The notes beneath the pieces were generated by a model, which was not told where the DNA came from, did no database searches, and saw only the letters and a list, made by a program, of their open reading frames with translations. Shown one piece after another: positions 1 to 9,445 of a DNA stretch of 37,486 bases. The position numbers and the translations under genes are program-made. Within the stretch, counting starts at the first letter, position 1; every line of letters starts with the position of its first letter. The stretch lies in assembly GCA_937889205.1 (NCBI GenBank), contig CALARN010000161.1, positions 1 to 37,486 on the forward strand, in the 5' to 3' direction. The DNA comes from an uncultured bacterium (lineage in GTDB: Bacteria; Patescibacteriota; Dojkabacteria; B142; OLB20).

Positions 1-90
1 TAGGCTATATTTGATATAAAGATAGCTGAATTTTCGGCAGTAAAGTGTCGCTGCACTATATTTATATATATATTTTATAAAAAGTTAACA

Positions 91-1287
91 ATGGCAAATA
101 CCAAAGTCGAAAGAACAAAGCCACATTTAAATGATGGTACTTTGTGTGATATTGACCACGGTAAAACAACCTTAACTGCAGCATTGATTGCACATTCCAA
201 AAGAAAAGGCAGAGTTGCTTCAGAAAAAGGCTATAACGAAATTGCTAAAGGTGGTGTCGTGCGCGATAAAACCAAAATCGTTACCGTTGCTTCATCTCAT
301 GTTGAGTATGAATCAGAATTAAGACATTACGCTCATATTGACTGTCCAGGTCACAAAGACTATATCAAAAACATGATTACTGGCGCCGCCCAAATGGATG
401 GTGCAATTTTGGTTTGTTCAGCTTCTGACGGTCCAATGCCTCAGACAAAAGAACATATCATTTTAGCTAGACAAGTCGGTGTTCAATACTTTGTTGTATT
501 CTTGAACATGTTCGACGACAATATGGATGAAGAATTGTTAATGTTGGTTGAAGATGAAATTAGAGACTTACTAAAAAAATATGAGTATGATGGCGATAAG
601 ATTACCATTGTACGCGGTAGTGCACTTAAAGGCCTAAATGGCGATCCAGACGGCGAAAGAGCAATGGACGAATTAATGGCTGCTTTAGACAAAGATATTC
701 CAGAGCCAGAAAGAGACCTAGACAAACCATTCTTAATGTCAGTTGAAGATGTATTCTCAATTGAAGGTCGTGGTACAGTTGCAACTGGTAGAATCGATAG
801 AGGTAAAGTCAAAGTAGGTGATGTATTAGACCAAGTTGGTTTGATGGAAGAAACAAAACCAGTTACAGTAACTGGGGTTGAAATGTTCAACAAACAAATG
901 GAATATGCACAAGCTGGCGACAATGTCGGATTACTTCTAAGAGGTATTAAAAGAGATGAAATTCAAAGAGGTCAAATGTTGGCCGCTAAGGGTTCAATCA
1001 AGCCTCATACAGAAATTGAAGTAGAAGGCTACATTCTTTCTAAAGAAGAAGGTGGTAGACATACAGCTTTCGTATCTGGATACAAACCACAGTTCTATAT
1101 TGGAACTGCAGATGTAACTGGTGAAGTTACTCTAAAAGAAGGTGTAGAAATGATTATGCCTGGCGATCATGCAACATTTATCGTCAAATTGAATAAACCT
1201 GCTGCTATCGAAGAGAAACAAAGATTTGCCATCAGAGAAGGTGGTAGAACAGTCGGTGCAGGTATTGTTCTTAAAATTATTAAGTAA
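91..1287 (+). CDS. tuf: Elongation factor Tu, with divergent GTPase motifs
   Basis: 398 aa. [37 protein letters not shown] and domains II/III match EF-Tu, and it lies directly upstream of rpsJ. The P-loop reads CDIDHGKT and G4 reads NMFD. Confidence 0.9.
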   Translation: MANTKVERTKPHLNDGTLCDIDHGKTTLTAALIAHSKRKGRVASEKGYNEIAKGGVVRDKTKIVTVASSHVEYESELRHYAHIDCPGHKDYIKNMITGAAQMDGAILVCSASDGPMPQTKEHIILARQVGVQYFVVFLNMFDDNMDEELLMLVEDEIRDLLKKYEYDGDKITIVRGSALKGLNGDPDGERAMDELMAALDKDIPEPERDLDKPFLMSVEDVFSIEGRGTVATGRIDRGKVKVGDVLDQVGLMEETKPVTVTGVEMFNKQMEYAQAGDNVGLLLRGIKRDEIQRGQMLAAKGSIKPHTEIEVEGYILSKEEGGRHTAFVSGYKPQFYIGTADVTGEVTLKEGVEMIMPGDHATFIVKLNKPAAIEEKQRFAIREGGRTVGAGIVLKIIK

Positions 1288-1303
1288 TTTATTTAAACCC
1301 GGA

Positions 1304-1338
1304 TTGAGGGACTTTAACAAAAAGTCCCTCAATTTTTC
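1304..1338 (+). terminator. Rho-independent terminator or attenuator hairpin between tuf and rpsJ
   Basis: Perfect 12-bp stem TTGAGGGACTTT (1304-1315) / AAAGTCCCTCAA (1321-1332), loop AACAA, then TTTTT (1333-1337). Confidence 0.7.
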
Positions 1339-1352
1339 AAAGTTGTTCTTTT

Positions 1353-1652
1353 ATGCAAAAAATTAGAATCAAAATAAAAGGCTATGATAATAAAGTAGTC
1401 GATAAAGCTGCACAACAGATTATCGAAACAGCCGTTAGGACCGGTGCAAAAGCTTTCGGTCCAGTACCTCTGCCAACCAAAAAGAGAAGATTTACTACTT
1501 TGACATCTCCTCATGTAGATGCAAAATCCAAAGAGCATTTTCAGATTCATACGCATAAAAGATTAATCGATATTGTAGATCCTACAAGCAAAACGATTGA
1601 TTCATTAACGCATCTGCAACTTGCTGCCGGAGTAGGAATCGAAATTAAATAG
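1353..1652 (+). CDS. rpsJ: 30S ribosomal protein S10
   Basis: 99 aa. [33 protein letters not shown] matches S10, and it is first in conserved S10-operon order. Confidence 0.95.
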   Translation: MQKIRIKIKGYDNKVVDKAAQQIIETAVRTGAKAFGPVPLPTKKRRFTTLTSPHVDAKSKEHFQIHTHKRLIDIVDPTSKTIDSLTHLQLAAGVGIEIK

Positions 1653-1674
1653 CATTTAGAAATTATTGCGACCA

Positions 1675-2283
1675 ATGAAAACGTTAATCGGTATAAAAAA
1701 GAATATGTCTCAACTTTTTATGGAAGATGGCAACATTGTACCAGTTACATACATTGATGTAACAAATGTAGTTATTGCACATAAAAAGACCACAGATAAA
1801 GACGGGTATAATGCTCTAGTCTTGGGTCTTGGTAAGAAACATAAACCTACCAAAGCAGAAATTGGCAAGTACAAACAACTTGGATTCGTTCCAGAGTTTG
1901 TTGCTGAGGTAGAGACTGACTCAGATTTAAATATCGGAGATTCAGTAAATCCTTCAATTTTTGAAGGTGTTAGTAAAGTTAGCGTTACTGGAACCACTAA
2001 AGGTAAGGGCTTTCAGGGCGTAGTTAAGAGATGGGGTTTTGCTGGTGGAAAAAGAACCCATGGTCAATCTGATAGAATGAGACATCCAGGCTCTATTGGT
2101 ATGAGAAGCACACCAGGTAGAGTTTATAAAGGGAAGAAAATGGGTGGTCATATGGGTGTAGATCAGCAAACCGTAAAGAACTTAAAAGTAGTTTTGGTTG
2201 ATGAAACTGTTGGAGTAATCGCTGTTAAAGGCGCTGTACCTGGCAACCAAGGTGCTTTTGTAATTATCAAGTCTGTTAAATAA
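1675..2283 (+). CDS. rplC: 50S ribosomal protein L3
   Basis: MKTLIGIKKNMSQLF..GKGFQGVVKRWGF.GG..THG matches L3. The ATG at 1675 is preferred over the TTG at 1666 given in the ORF track. Confidence 0.93.
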   Translation: MKTLIGIKKNMSQLFMEDGNIVPVTYIDVTNVVIAHKKTTDKDGYNALVLGLGKKHKPTKAEIGKYKQLGFVPEFVAEVETDSDLNIGDSVNPSIFEGVSKVSVTGTTKGKGFQGVVKRWGFAGGKRTHGQSDRMRHPGSIGMRSTPGRVYKGKKMGGHMGVDQQTVKNLKVVLVDETVGVIAVKGAVPGNQGAFVIIKSVK

Positions 2284-2288
2284 AAACC

Positions 2289-2963
2289 ATGTTAGTAGCT
2301 TATTACAACCAACAAGGAAAATTGAAAGAAGACAAATTCAAATTGAATGATGATGTCTTTAAGGCTAAAGTAAATAAAGTCTTGTTAACTTTAGCCGTAC
2401 AAACCTATTGGGCAAACCAAAGACAAAGTAACGCAGATACCAAAGATCGTGGTGATGTAAGCGGTGGTGGTAAAAAACCATGGCGTCAAAAAGGAACCGG
2501 ACGCGCTCGCGTTGGTTCATCCAGATCTCCCATTTGGAAAGGTGGAGGTGTTACATTTGGACCATCAAATATCAGAAACTATACTAAAAAAATTAGCAAA
2601 ACAATGAGACAAGCAGCTATTAAGGGTGCATTCTCATACTTAGCAGCTAAAGATGCAGTAGTAGTTTATGAGGGTATTAAATTAGGTGATAAACCTAAAA
2701 CCAAAGACTTATTAAAAGTCTTAAAAGATTTTCAAACAACTAAGACTCTACTAATTCAACCAGACATTAATGTGGATTTATTCAATGCGGCTCAAAATTT
2801 AGAAAATCTAAATTTAGAAGTGATTAATGAGTTGAATGTAGTTAAGTTGTTAGATGCTGAAAAAGTGATTATTTTAGAACCCGCATTAGTAAAGATTTAC
2901 GAGTTTTGGGGTTCAAAGGCTAAGAAGGTAAAAGCTGAGCCTGTTAAAAAAGAAAGTAAATAA
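2289..2963 (+). CDS. rplD: 50S ribosomal protein L4
   Basis: 224 aa. GGGKKPWRQKGTGRARVGS.RSPIW.GGGV.FGP motif; operon position; Lys-rich C-terminal tail. Confidence 0.95.
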   Translation: MLVAYYNQQGKLKEDKFKLNDDVFKAKVNKVLLTLAVQTYWANQRQSNADTKDRGDVSGGGKKPWRQKGTGRARVGSSRSPIWKGGGVTFGPSNIRNYTKKISKTMRQAAIKGAFSYLAAKDAVVVYEGIKLGDKPKTKDLLKVLKDFQTTKTLLIQPDINVDLFNAAQNLENLNLEVINELNVVKLLDAEKVIILEPALVKIYEFWGSKAKKVKAEPVKKESK

Positions 2964-2969
2964 AGAATC

Positions 2970-3275
2970 ATGAATAAAGTAAGCGAAATTAAAAAAGTAA
3001 TTATCAAGCCTTTAATTAGTGAGAAATCTCTAGGTAAGGTTGATACTGAAAACCAATTCACTTTTATAGTGAATAATGAAAGCAACAAAATTGAAGTTGC
3101 AAATGAAGTTGAGACTACATTTGGCGTGACTGTAATGAATGTAAGAATGCTCAACAATATCGGTAAAACTGTTCGATTCGGAAAGAAAAGAATTGAAGGC
3201 CGAAGAAGTCCTTTTAAAAAGGCTATTGTGACCTTGAAAAAAGGTGATAAGATTTCGATTTTTGATATCAAATAA
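2970..3275 (+). CDS. rplW: 50S ribosomal protein L23
   Basis: 101 aa. IKPLISEKS...KKAIVTLKKGDKI pattern; position between L4 and L2. Confidence 0.92.
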   Translation: MNKVSEIKKVIIKPLISEKSLGKVDTENQFTFIVNNESNKIEVANEVETTFGVTVMNVRMLNNIGKTVRFGKKRIEGRRSPFKKAIVTLKKGDKISIFDIK

Positions 3276-3289
3276 GTAATCATCTAGAA

Positions 3290-4159
3290 ATGGCTGTTAA
3301 ATTATACAAACCCACAACACCAACCAGAAGACATACAGCATTAGTTGTACACACTGAAGTAACAAAAACTACTCCAGAAAAGGGGTTGGTAAAGCATTTG
3401 AAATATAATGCCGGCAGAAATGCACACGGTAGATTAACCGTGAGACACAAAGGCGGTAGAGTCAAAAGAGCCTATCGTCAAATCGACTTTTTGCGCGACA
3501 AGCATGATATTCCAGCTAAAGTCGTTGCAATTGAATATGATCCATACAGAACAGCATATATTGCCTTAGTACAATACGCTGATGGAGAAAAAAGATACAT
3601 TTTAGCACCAAATGGAATTAAAGTAGGTGCCGAAATCATGTCAGGAGAGAAAGCTGCAATCAAAGATGGTAATGCCCTACCTTTAAAAAAGATTCCGGCT
3701 GCAATGTTTGTTCATAATATCGAGATGAATCCTGGTCAAGGTGGTATTATGGTTAGATCGGCAGGCTCCGCCGCTCAAATTCAAGGTGGTGCAAAAGGGT
3801 ATATCCAACTAAAAATGCCATCCGGTGAAATTCGATTAATTCGAGAAACTTGTTATGCCACAATTGGCGTATTAAGTAATATTGAAAATAAAAACGAAAA
3901 ACTAGGAAAAGCAGGTAGAAGTAGAAAAATGGGAATTAAACCAACTGTGAGAGGCGTTGCTATGTCAGGTGGTAAGCATCCACACGGTGACGGACAAGGT
4001 AAATCGGGTCGTCATGGTACTGGAGGTCCCGCTAAAGATAGATGGGGTAATAGACTAGGTACTAGAACTAGAAGAAACAAACAAACCAATCAGTTTATTG
4101 TAAAAAGACGCGTCAGTGTACAAGGCAATAAACATAAGAAATATAAAACTGTTATCTAA
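3290..4159 (+). CDS. rplB: 50S ribosomal protein L2
   Basis: 289 aa. YKPTTP..R, VHNIE..PG.GG...RSAG, RGVAMS..HPHG.G.G motifs. Confidence 0.96.
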   Translation: MAVKLYKPTTPTRRHTALVVHTEVTKTTPEKGLVKHLKYNAGRNAHGRLTVRHKGGRVKRAYRQIDFLRDKHDIPAKVVAIEYDPYRTAYIALVQYADGEKRYILAPNGIKVGAEIMSGEKAAIKDGNALPLKKIPAAMFVHNIEMNPGQGGIMVRSAGSAAQIQGGAKGYIQLKMPSGEIRLIRETCYATIGVLSNIENKNEKLGKAGRSRKMGIKPTVRGVAMSGGKHPHGDGQGKSGRHGTGGPAKDRWGNRLGTRTRRNKQTNQFIVKRRVSVQGNKHKKYKTVI

Positions 4160-4166
4160 GTAAATT

Positions 4167-4472
4167 ATGTCAAGATCATTAAAAAAAGGACCATTCGTTG
4201 ATGCAAATCTAATAGGAAAAGTAGAAGTACATAAAGCTAAAGGTGATAATAGAGCAATCAAAACCTGGGCAAGAAGCTCATCAATAACTCCAGAAATGGT
4301 TGGTATGAACTTTGAAGTTCATAACGGTCGTGACTTTATTAAGGTATTCGTTACAGAATCCATGGTAGGTCACAAATTAGGTGAATTTGCTCTTACCCGC
4401 AAATTTACTGGACACAGTAAGAAAGGTAAAGTTGCTAAATCTACCGGAAGTACTGGTAGAGTTGCAAGTTAA
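4167..4472 (+). CDS. rpsS: 30S ribosomal protein S19
   Basis: [12 protein letters not shown]...[21 protein letters not shown] matches S19. Confidence 0.96.
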   Translation: MSRSLKKGPFVDANLIGKVEVHKAKGDNRAIKTWARSSSITPEMVGMNFEVHNGRDFIKVFVTESMVGHKLGEFALTRKFTGHSKKGKVAKSTGSTGRVAS

Positions 4473-4491
4473 TTTTTTTGTGAAATTTTAA

Positions 4492-4974
4492 ATGATGCAG
4501 AAGATCGTATACGCAAAATTCAAGAACAATAACAGATCTGCACAAAAGGTGAGACTAGTTGCCGACTTAATTAGAGGTAAAAAAGCCTCTGATGCAGTAG
4601 ACATATTATTGTTTACCAGAAAATATGCAGCTAAAGATGTGCTAAAAGTTTTGAATTCTGCCATCGCCAATGCTGTGCATAACGAGCAGATGGATAAAAA
4701 AGATTTGATGGTTACTAAAGTATTAGTTGACAACGCACAAACCTATAAAAGAGGTCGACCCGTTGCTCGTGGCAAATACCATCAAATTTTTAAAAGAAAT
4801 TGCCACATTACCATTGGAATAACAGATGGTAATTTAGTTTCTGAATCTAAACAGATAGAAAAACAAACAGTAGAGGTTAAAGAAAAGGCTGATTCTAAGA
4901 CCAAAACTGCAGTTAAGAAAGCTGTAAAGAAACCAGTAGCTAAAGTAATTAAAGATAGTAAGACGAAAAAATAA
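4492..4974 (+). CDS. rplV: 50S ribosomal protein L22, with a long Lys-rich C-terminal extension
   Basis: 160 aa. The N-terminal ~110 aa is L22-like (SAQKVRLVADLIRGK..A..IL.F), followed by a ~45-aa K/E/V-rich tail. Confidence 0.93.
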   Translation: MMQKIVYAKFKNNNRSAQKVRLVADLIRGKKASDAVDILLFTRKYAAKDVLKVLNSAIANAVHNEQMDKKDLMVTKVLVDNAQTYKRGRPVARGKYHQIFKRNCHITIGITDGNLVSESKQIEKQTVEVKEKADSKTKTAVKKAVKKPVAKVIKDSKTKK

Positions 4975-4976
4975 TT

Positions 4977-5627
4977 ATGGGACATAAAGCCAATCCAACA
5001 GGTTTAAGAATCGGAATCAATAAAGGCTGGAACTCTTATTGGTATGCACCAAAAGAGCAGTTTGCCGATTACTTACACGAGGATCTTAAGATCCGTGATT
5101 TCGTTGCAAAAAAATTGTTCAATGCGGGTGTAGAGAGTGTTAAAGTTAAAAGATCTATGAATAAAATTTTAGTTGAAGTTAAGGTAGCTAGACCAGGTAT
5201 TGTAATTGGTCGAGGTGGCGCAGGTATTGAAGAATTAAAAATTGCCTTGAAGAAAATGGTCAAAGGTGAAGTTGATTTAAAGATATTTGAAGTAAAAAAG
5301 CCAGAAGCCGTTGCAAAACTAATTTCTGACAATATCAAAATGCAATTAGAGAGACGTATTGTTCCAAAATATGCAGCATCAAGAGAAATTGAAAATGCAA
5401 AGAACTCACAGTTAGTTAAAGGCATTCGTATCTGGGTAAGTGGTCGTATTAAGGGGGCAGAAATTGCCAGAACTGAAAAATTTCAATGGGGAACAGTTCC
5501 TTTACAAACCTTAAGAGCCAATATTGATTATTTTTATCAAACAGCTCAAGTTCCTAATGCCGGTAAACAGGGTATTAAAGTCTGGGTATTTACTGGCGAA
5601 AAGTTTGATATTTCTGAAAACGATTAA
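4977..5627 (+). CDS. rpsC: 30S ribosomal protein S3
   Basis: MGHKANPTGLRIGI.K.W.S.WYA plus the KH-domain signature GIVIGRGG.GIE.L. Confidence 0.96.
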   Translation: MGHKANPTGLRIGINKGWNSYWYAPKEQFADYLHEDLKIRDFVAKKLFNAGVESVKVKRSMNKILVEVKVARPGIVIGRGGAGIEELKIALKKMVKGEVDLKIFEVKKPEAVAKLISDNIKMQLERRIVPKYAASREIENAKNSQLVKGIRIWVSGRIKGAEIARTEKFQWGTVPLQTLRANIDYFYQTAQVPNAGKQGIKVWVFTGEKFDISEND

Positions 5628-5636
5628 TGTAATATC

Positions 5637-6050
5637 ATGTTAGAACCAAAAAGAACCAAACATAGAAAACAATTTAGAGGGAAAATGCGCGGCATTGCAC
5701 TTAGAGGTGCTGATGTTACTGTAGGAGAGTTTGGCCTGCAGGCTGCTGAAAGAGCATGGATTAATGCTAGGCAGTTAGAGGCAGCCCGTAAGACTATAGT
5801 AAAAGAGATGAAAAGAAAAGGAAAACTTTGGATTAGGGTATTTCCTGATCACTCTTATACTGGTAAGCCAGCTGAAGTTAGAATGGGTAAGGGTAAAGGT
5901 GAAGTTCAAGGCTATGTTGCAGTAGTAAAACCAGGACGCATAATTTTTGAAATTAGTGGAGTAGCTGAAGATATTGCAAAAGAAGCTTTTAGAAAAGCAG
6001 GCAATAAATTACCAATTTTAACCAAATTTGTTAATAAAGAATTATTGTAA
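5637..6050 (+). CDS. rplP: 50S ribosomal protein L16
   Basis: [29 protein letters not shown] matches L16. Confidence 0.96.
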   Translation: MLEPKRTKHRKQFRGKMRGIALRGADVTVGEFGLQAAERAWINARQLEAARKTIVKEMKRKGKLWIRVFPDHSYTGKPAEVRMGKGKGEVQGYVAVVKPGRIIFEISGVAEDIAKEAFRKAGNKLPILTKFVNKELL

Positions 6051-6052
6051 TC

Positions 6053-6322
6053 ATGAGAATTGAAAAAATCAAAGCAATGTCTATTGTAGAGTTGCAAAAA
6101 GAATTCACTGAAAGAAAAACCAAATTAAATACATATCTTTTGGATATTAAAAGTGGCAAAGAAAAGAATACTGCTAAAGCAAAAGAAATGAAAAAGGATA
6201 TTGCCAGAATTCTGACAATAATTAATTTAAAGACAATGGCCGGTGAAGTCGCTGCTGCTGTTGCAGCTCAGGCTGAGAGTGCAACAAAAACAGTAAAAGC
6301 TGATACGGTTGAAATAAAATAA
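6053..6322 (+). CDS. rpmC: 50S ribosomal protein L29, with an Ala-rich C-terminal extension
   Basis: 89 aa. Position between L16 and S17; the N-terminal 60 aa has the L29 helical pattern (L.EL..EL...K.EL..LR). Confidence 0.85.
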   Translation: MRIEKIKAMSIVELQKEFTERKTKLNTYLLDIKSGKEKNTAKAKEMKKDIARILTIINLKTMAGEVAAAVAAQAESATKTVKADTVEIK

Positions 6323-6339
6323 ACATTATTAATGCAGAT

Positions 6340-6594
6340 ATGGAGAACTTAGTCAGTAAAAATCGAAAAAAACTACAAGGTGAAGTAGTAAAACTAAGCT
6401 CAACTAATACTATTAAAGTAAAAGTTGAGACCAAGTATACTCATCCTTTGTACAAAAAAATCATCAAAGAGCATAAAAGTTATTTGGTGCATTGTACAGA
6501 CTCTGATGTAAAAGTCGGAGATAGAGTACAAATTGAAGAGGGTAGACCTTTAAGCTCTTCAAAATCGTTCTATTTTATCAAGAAAATTAGCTAA
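6340..6594 (+). CDS. rpsQ: 30S ribosomal protein S17
   Basis: 84 aa. KKLQGEVVK....TIKV.VET...HPLY.K......K...H....D.KVGD.V.I.E.RPLS matches S17. Confidence 0.93.
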   Translation: MENLVSKNRKKLQGEVVKLSSTNTIKVKVETKYTHPLYKKIIKEHKSYLVHCTDSDVKVGDRVQIEEGRPLSSSKSFYFIKKIS

Positions 6595-6596
6595 CC

Positions 6597-6980
6597 ATGG
6601 TACAGTCTCTATCAAGATTAAAAGTTGCAGACAACACCGGAGCAAAAGAAATCATGGTCATCCAAATTTTGGGAAGAGGCAAAGGTGGCCGCTATCAAAA
6701 GTTTGCTACAGTTGGAGAAATTTTTAGTGCATCCGTTAAAGATGCTATTCCTAACGGTAACATTAAAAAGGGTGATGTGGTTTATGCAGTTGTTGTTCGT
6801 ACTCATAAAGAAATTAGAAGAAAAGATGGTTCATACATCAGATTTGATGACAATGCAGCCGTTTTAATTGACAAAGAAAAGAAAGATCCAAAGGGTAGCC
6901 GTATTTTCGGTCCTGTTGCGAGAGAGTTAAAAGAAAAAGGATTCAATAAAATTATTAGTTTAGCTTCAGAGGTACTGTAA
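6597..6980 (+). CDS. rplN: 50S ribosomal protein L14
   Basis: MVQ..S.L.VADN.GAKE.M.I.......RY A.VG......VK.A.P.G.IKKG.V..AVVVRT matches L14. Confidence 0.96.
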   Translation: MVQSLSRLKVADNTGAKEIMVIQILGRGKGGRYQKFATVGEIFSASVKDAIPNGNIKKGDVVYAVVVRTHKEIRRKDGSYIRFDDNAAVLIDKEKKDPKGSRIFGPVARELKEKGFNKIISLASEVL

Positions 6981-6982
6981 TT

Positions 6983-7288
6983 ATGAAAATTAAAAAAGGA
7001 GACAAAGTAATAGTACTATCTGGAAAAGATCGCGGTAAGCAAGGCGAAATCAAGAAGATTGATCGCAAAACTAACCGCGTGATTGTTTCAGGAGTAAACT
7101 TTGTAACAAAGTTTGAAAAAAAGAAAAATGAAAAAGAAACCGGAGGCCTTATCAGAATTGAGGGCTTAATGCCAGTTTCTAAAGTTCAACTGATTGATCC
7201 TAAGACCAACAAACCAACTCGAGTTGGTACAAAGCTGGAAAAAGGGAAGAAAGTCAGAGTGGCCAAAAAGTCACAAGAAGTTATTTAA
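6983..7288 (+). CDS. rplX: 50S ribosomal protein L24
   Basis: MKIKKGDKVIVLSGKDRGKQGEI..ID.K.NRVIV.GVN (KOW motif); operon position. Confidence 0.94.
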   Translation: MKIKKGDKVIVLSGKDRGKQGEIKKIDRKTNRVIVSGVNFVTKFEKKKNEKETGGLIRIEGLMPVSKVQLIDPKTNKPTRVGTKLEKGKKVRVAKKSQEVI

Positions 7289-7305
7289 TTATTGTATTGA
7301 ACGAA

Positions 7306-7860
7306 ATGGTAATTACATCCAGATTAAAAACCAAATACCTTGAAGAAATTGCTCCCGCTTTAAAGCAAGAGTTGGGTATTACAAATAATATGGCCGTCCC
7401 TAAACTGACGAAGATTGTAATCAACTCTGGTTTAGGAGAAGCAAAAAATGATTCAAATATCATTGATGAAATGGTCAGAGATATTGCGCTTATTGCTGGT
7501 CAAAGACCAGTAGTAACCAAAACTCGCAAAGCAATCTCAAACTTCAAGATTCGCGAGAATATGCCAATTGGCGTCAAAGTAACTTTACGAGGTGAAATGA
7601 TGTGGTATTTCTTAGATAGATTAATTTCTATTGTCTTACCTAGAATCAAGGACTTTCGTGGTTTGCCAACAAAGGCTTTCGATGGCAGAGGAAACTATGC
7701 TATTGGAATCAAGGAACATACCACTTTTCCTGAGGTAGATGCAACCAAAGTATCTAAACTGCATGGGTTACAAGTTATTGTTTGTACATCAGCAGGTAAA
7801 GATGAAGGTGCTAGATTATTATTGGAAAAGCTTGGCTTGCCTTTCCAAAAGAAAAGATAG
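7306..7860 (+). CDS. rplE: 50S ribosomal protein L5
   Basis: LK.KY.EEI.P.L..ELG..N.M.VPKL.KIVIN.GLGEA matches L5. The ATG at 7306 is preferred; TTG at 7297 is the alternative. Confidence 0.93.
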   Translation: MVITSRLKTKYLEEIAPALKQELGITNNMAVPKLTKIVINSGLGEAKNDSNIIDEMVRDIALIAGQRPVVTKTRKAISNFKIRENMPIGVKVTLRGEMMWYFLDRLISIVLPRIKDFRGLPTKAFDGRGNYAIGIKEHTTFPEVDATKVSKLHGLQVIVCTSAGKDEGARLLLEKLGLPFQKKR

Positions 7861-7885
7861 TTTACAAAAATAGATTTTTTTAATT

Positions 7886-8080
7886 ATGTCAACAACAGCG
7901 CAGGAAGCAAAAGCAAAAAAACTACAAACAAAGGCAAAATACTCAACAAGAGTATTCTCAAGATGCCCAATTTGTGGAAGATCTCGCTCTTATCACAGAT
8001 TCTTTAAAATGTGTAGAATTTGTTTAAGAGATAGAGCTCATGTAGGAGATTTACCAGGTGTTCGTAAATCTTCTTGGTAA
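7886..8080 (+). CDS. rpsN: 30S ribosomal protein S14, short zinc-binding type Z
   Basis: 64 aa. CPICGRSRS...CRICLRD..H.G.LPGV.K.SW contains a CxxC...CxxC zinc ribbon. Confidence 0.94.
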   Translation: MSTTAQEAKAKKLQTKAKYSTRVFSRCPICGRSRSYHRFFKMCRICLRDRAHVGDLPGVRKSSW

Positions 8081-8107
8081 TTTATTAGTTATTATTATAG
8101 TAAGAAA

Positions 8108-8488
8108 ATGGTTAATGATGTCGTTGCAAATTTCTTGACTGCAATCAGAAATGCAACCCAAAGATCAAAACCTGAGGTATCGGTTCAAACTTCAAAAATG
8201 ATTGAAGCAATTGCTGCAATTTTAAAAGAAGAGGGCTATATTACTGATTTCACAGTAGCCGATGGTAAATTGACCTTGACATTGAAATATGTCAACAAAA
8301 AACCAGCTATTATGCACTTGGAAAAGGTTTCAAAACCTGGTATTAGAACCTATGTAGGTTATAATGATATTCCTAAAGTTATTAATGGTATGGGAATTAA
8401 TATTTTTTCAACATCCAAAGGTATTATGACTGGTAAAAAAGCCAGAAATGAGAAGCTTGGTGGGGAATATATTTGTAATATTTGGTAA
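8108..8488 (+). CDS. rpsH: 30S ribosomal protein S8
   Basis: D..AN.LT.IRNA.....PEV.V..SK....IA.ILKEEGYI..F ... GGEYICNIW matches S8. Confidence 0.95.
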   Translation: MVNDVVANFLTAIRNATQRSKPEVSVQTSKMIEAIAAILKEEGYITDFTVADGKLTLTLKYVNKKPAIMHLEKVSKPGIRTYVGYNDIPKVINGMGINIFSTSKGIMTGKKARNEKLGGEYICNIW

Positions 8489-8503
8489 TTTATATCTACT
8501 AAC

Positions 8504-9064
8504 ATGTCAAAGATAGGCAAAAAAGAAATCGCAATACCGGACAATGTAACAGTCAGCGTAACCGATGGAGGAGCATATGGCAACCAAACAATTAAGGTTG
8601 TAGGCCCTAAAGGTGAATTAGTTCAAGACACCAGACCAGGTGTTAGCGTAACTGTAGCAGAAAATCAGGTAAGCGTCACAAGGAAAAGCGATGCGCCATC
8701 TATTAGAGCATATCACGGTTTGTACCGCAGCTTGATCGCCAATATGATTCTTGGAGTAACAAAAGATTACGAAAAGAAGCTGGAGATTCATGGTGTTGGA
8801 TACCGCGGCTTGCAAAAAGGTGAAGCAATCGAATTAAGTTTAGGGTTTTCTCATAAAATAACTTATACACCTCGTGCAGGCGTAACAATCAAAATGATTG
8901 ACGATAACACAATTTCAATCAACGGTATCGACAAGCAATTAGTTGGCCAAGTAGCTGCAGAGATCAGGCAGCTGCGCAAACCAGAGCCTTATAAAGGTAA
9001 GGGTATTAGATATGTCGGTGAAACAGTTAAGAGAAAAGCTGGTAAAACAGCCGCATCTAAATAA
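8504..9064 (+). CDS. rplF: 50S ribosomal protein L6
   Basis: MSKIGKK.I.IPD.V.V......I.V.GPKGEL...YRGLQ..G..L.L.LGFSH...[11 protein letters not shown] matches L6. Confidence 0.95.
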   Translation: MSKIGKKEIAIPDNVTVSVTDGGAYGNQTIKVVGPKGELVQDTRPGVSVTVAENQVSVTRKSDAPSIRAYHGLYRSLIANMILGVTKDYEKKLEIHGVGYRGLQKGEAIELSLGFSHKITYTPRAGVTIKMIDDNTISINGIDKQLVGQVAAEIRQLRKPEPYKGKGIRYVGETVKRKAGKTAASK

Positions 9065-9084
9065 TTAGATTAATTATTCAATCA

Positions 9085-9426
9085 ATGGAACTTAAAGCAT
9101 TAAGAAGACAAAAAAGGAAACTAAGAGTTAGAGGCAAGATCAACGGTACTTCTGATAGACCTAGATTAACTGTATCGAGAAGTAATCAGCATATTTATGC
9201 TCAGATTATTGACGATGTAACTGCCAAAACAATTGTTTCCGCTAGTGATATTGCTATTAAAACTGGCACAAACACTGAAAAAGCTAAGCAAGTAGGCTTA
9301 GAAATCGCTAAATTGGCTTTAGCCAAAAAGGTAACCCAAGTAGTCTTTGATAGAAATGGTATTAGATACCACGGTAGAATCGAAGCAGTAGCAAAAGGTG
9401 CCAGAGAAGGCGGTTTAGTATTTTAA
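9085..9426 (+). CDS. rplR: 50S ribosomal protein L18
   Basis: [17 protein letters not shown]....T.VSAS...V.FDR.G..YHGRI.A.A.GAREGGL.F matches L18. Confidence 0.95.
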   Translation: MELKALRRQKRKLRVRGKINGTSDRPRLTVSRSNQHIYAQIIDDVTAKTIVSASDIAIKTGTNTEKAKQVGLEIAKLALAKKVTQVVFDRNGIRYHGRIEAVAKGAREGGLVF

Positions 9427-9445
9427 GTAATTATATAAATATATT

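Noticed and set aside
1-90. Looked for a tRNA gene, the end of fusA, or a clear promoter upstream of tuf.
   Set aside because: No cloverleaf-compatible sequence and no convincing -35/-10 pair was found; there is only a TATATT at 57-62 without a -35. The region is too short to call anything.
483-923. Numerous 60-146-aa ORFs antisense to, or in alternate frames of, conserved genes. Examples: 483-923(-), 1132-1332(-), 1329-1556(-), 1710-1997(-), 2897-3283(-), 5069-5425(-), 14079-14420(-), 14993-15301(-), 22632-22961(-), 30690-31043(-), 35398-35703(-).
   Set aside because: They lie entirely within strongly supported CDSs on the other strand or frame. Their translations are low-complexity (S/T/I/L/F-rich) and typical of shadow ORFs in AT-rich DNA, and they resemble no known family.
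6625-6867. 80-aa same-strand alternate-frame ORF inside rplN.
   Set aside because: It is fully embedded in the highly conserved L14 reading frame and has no recognisable motifs. It is most simply a chance open frame.
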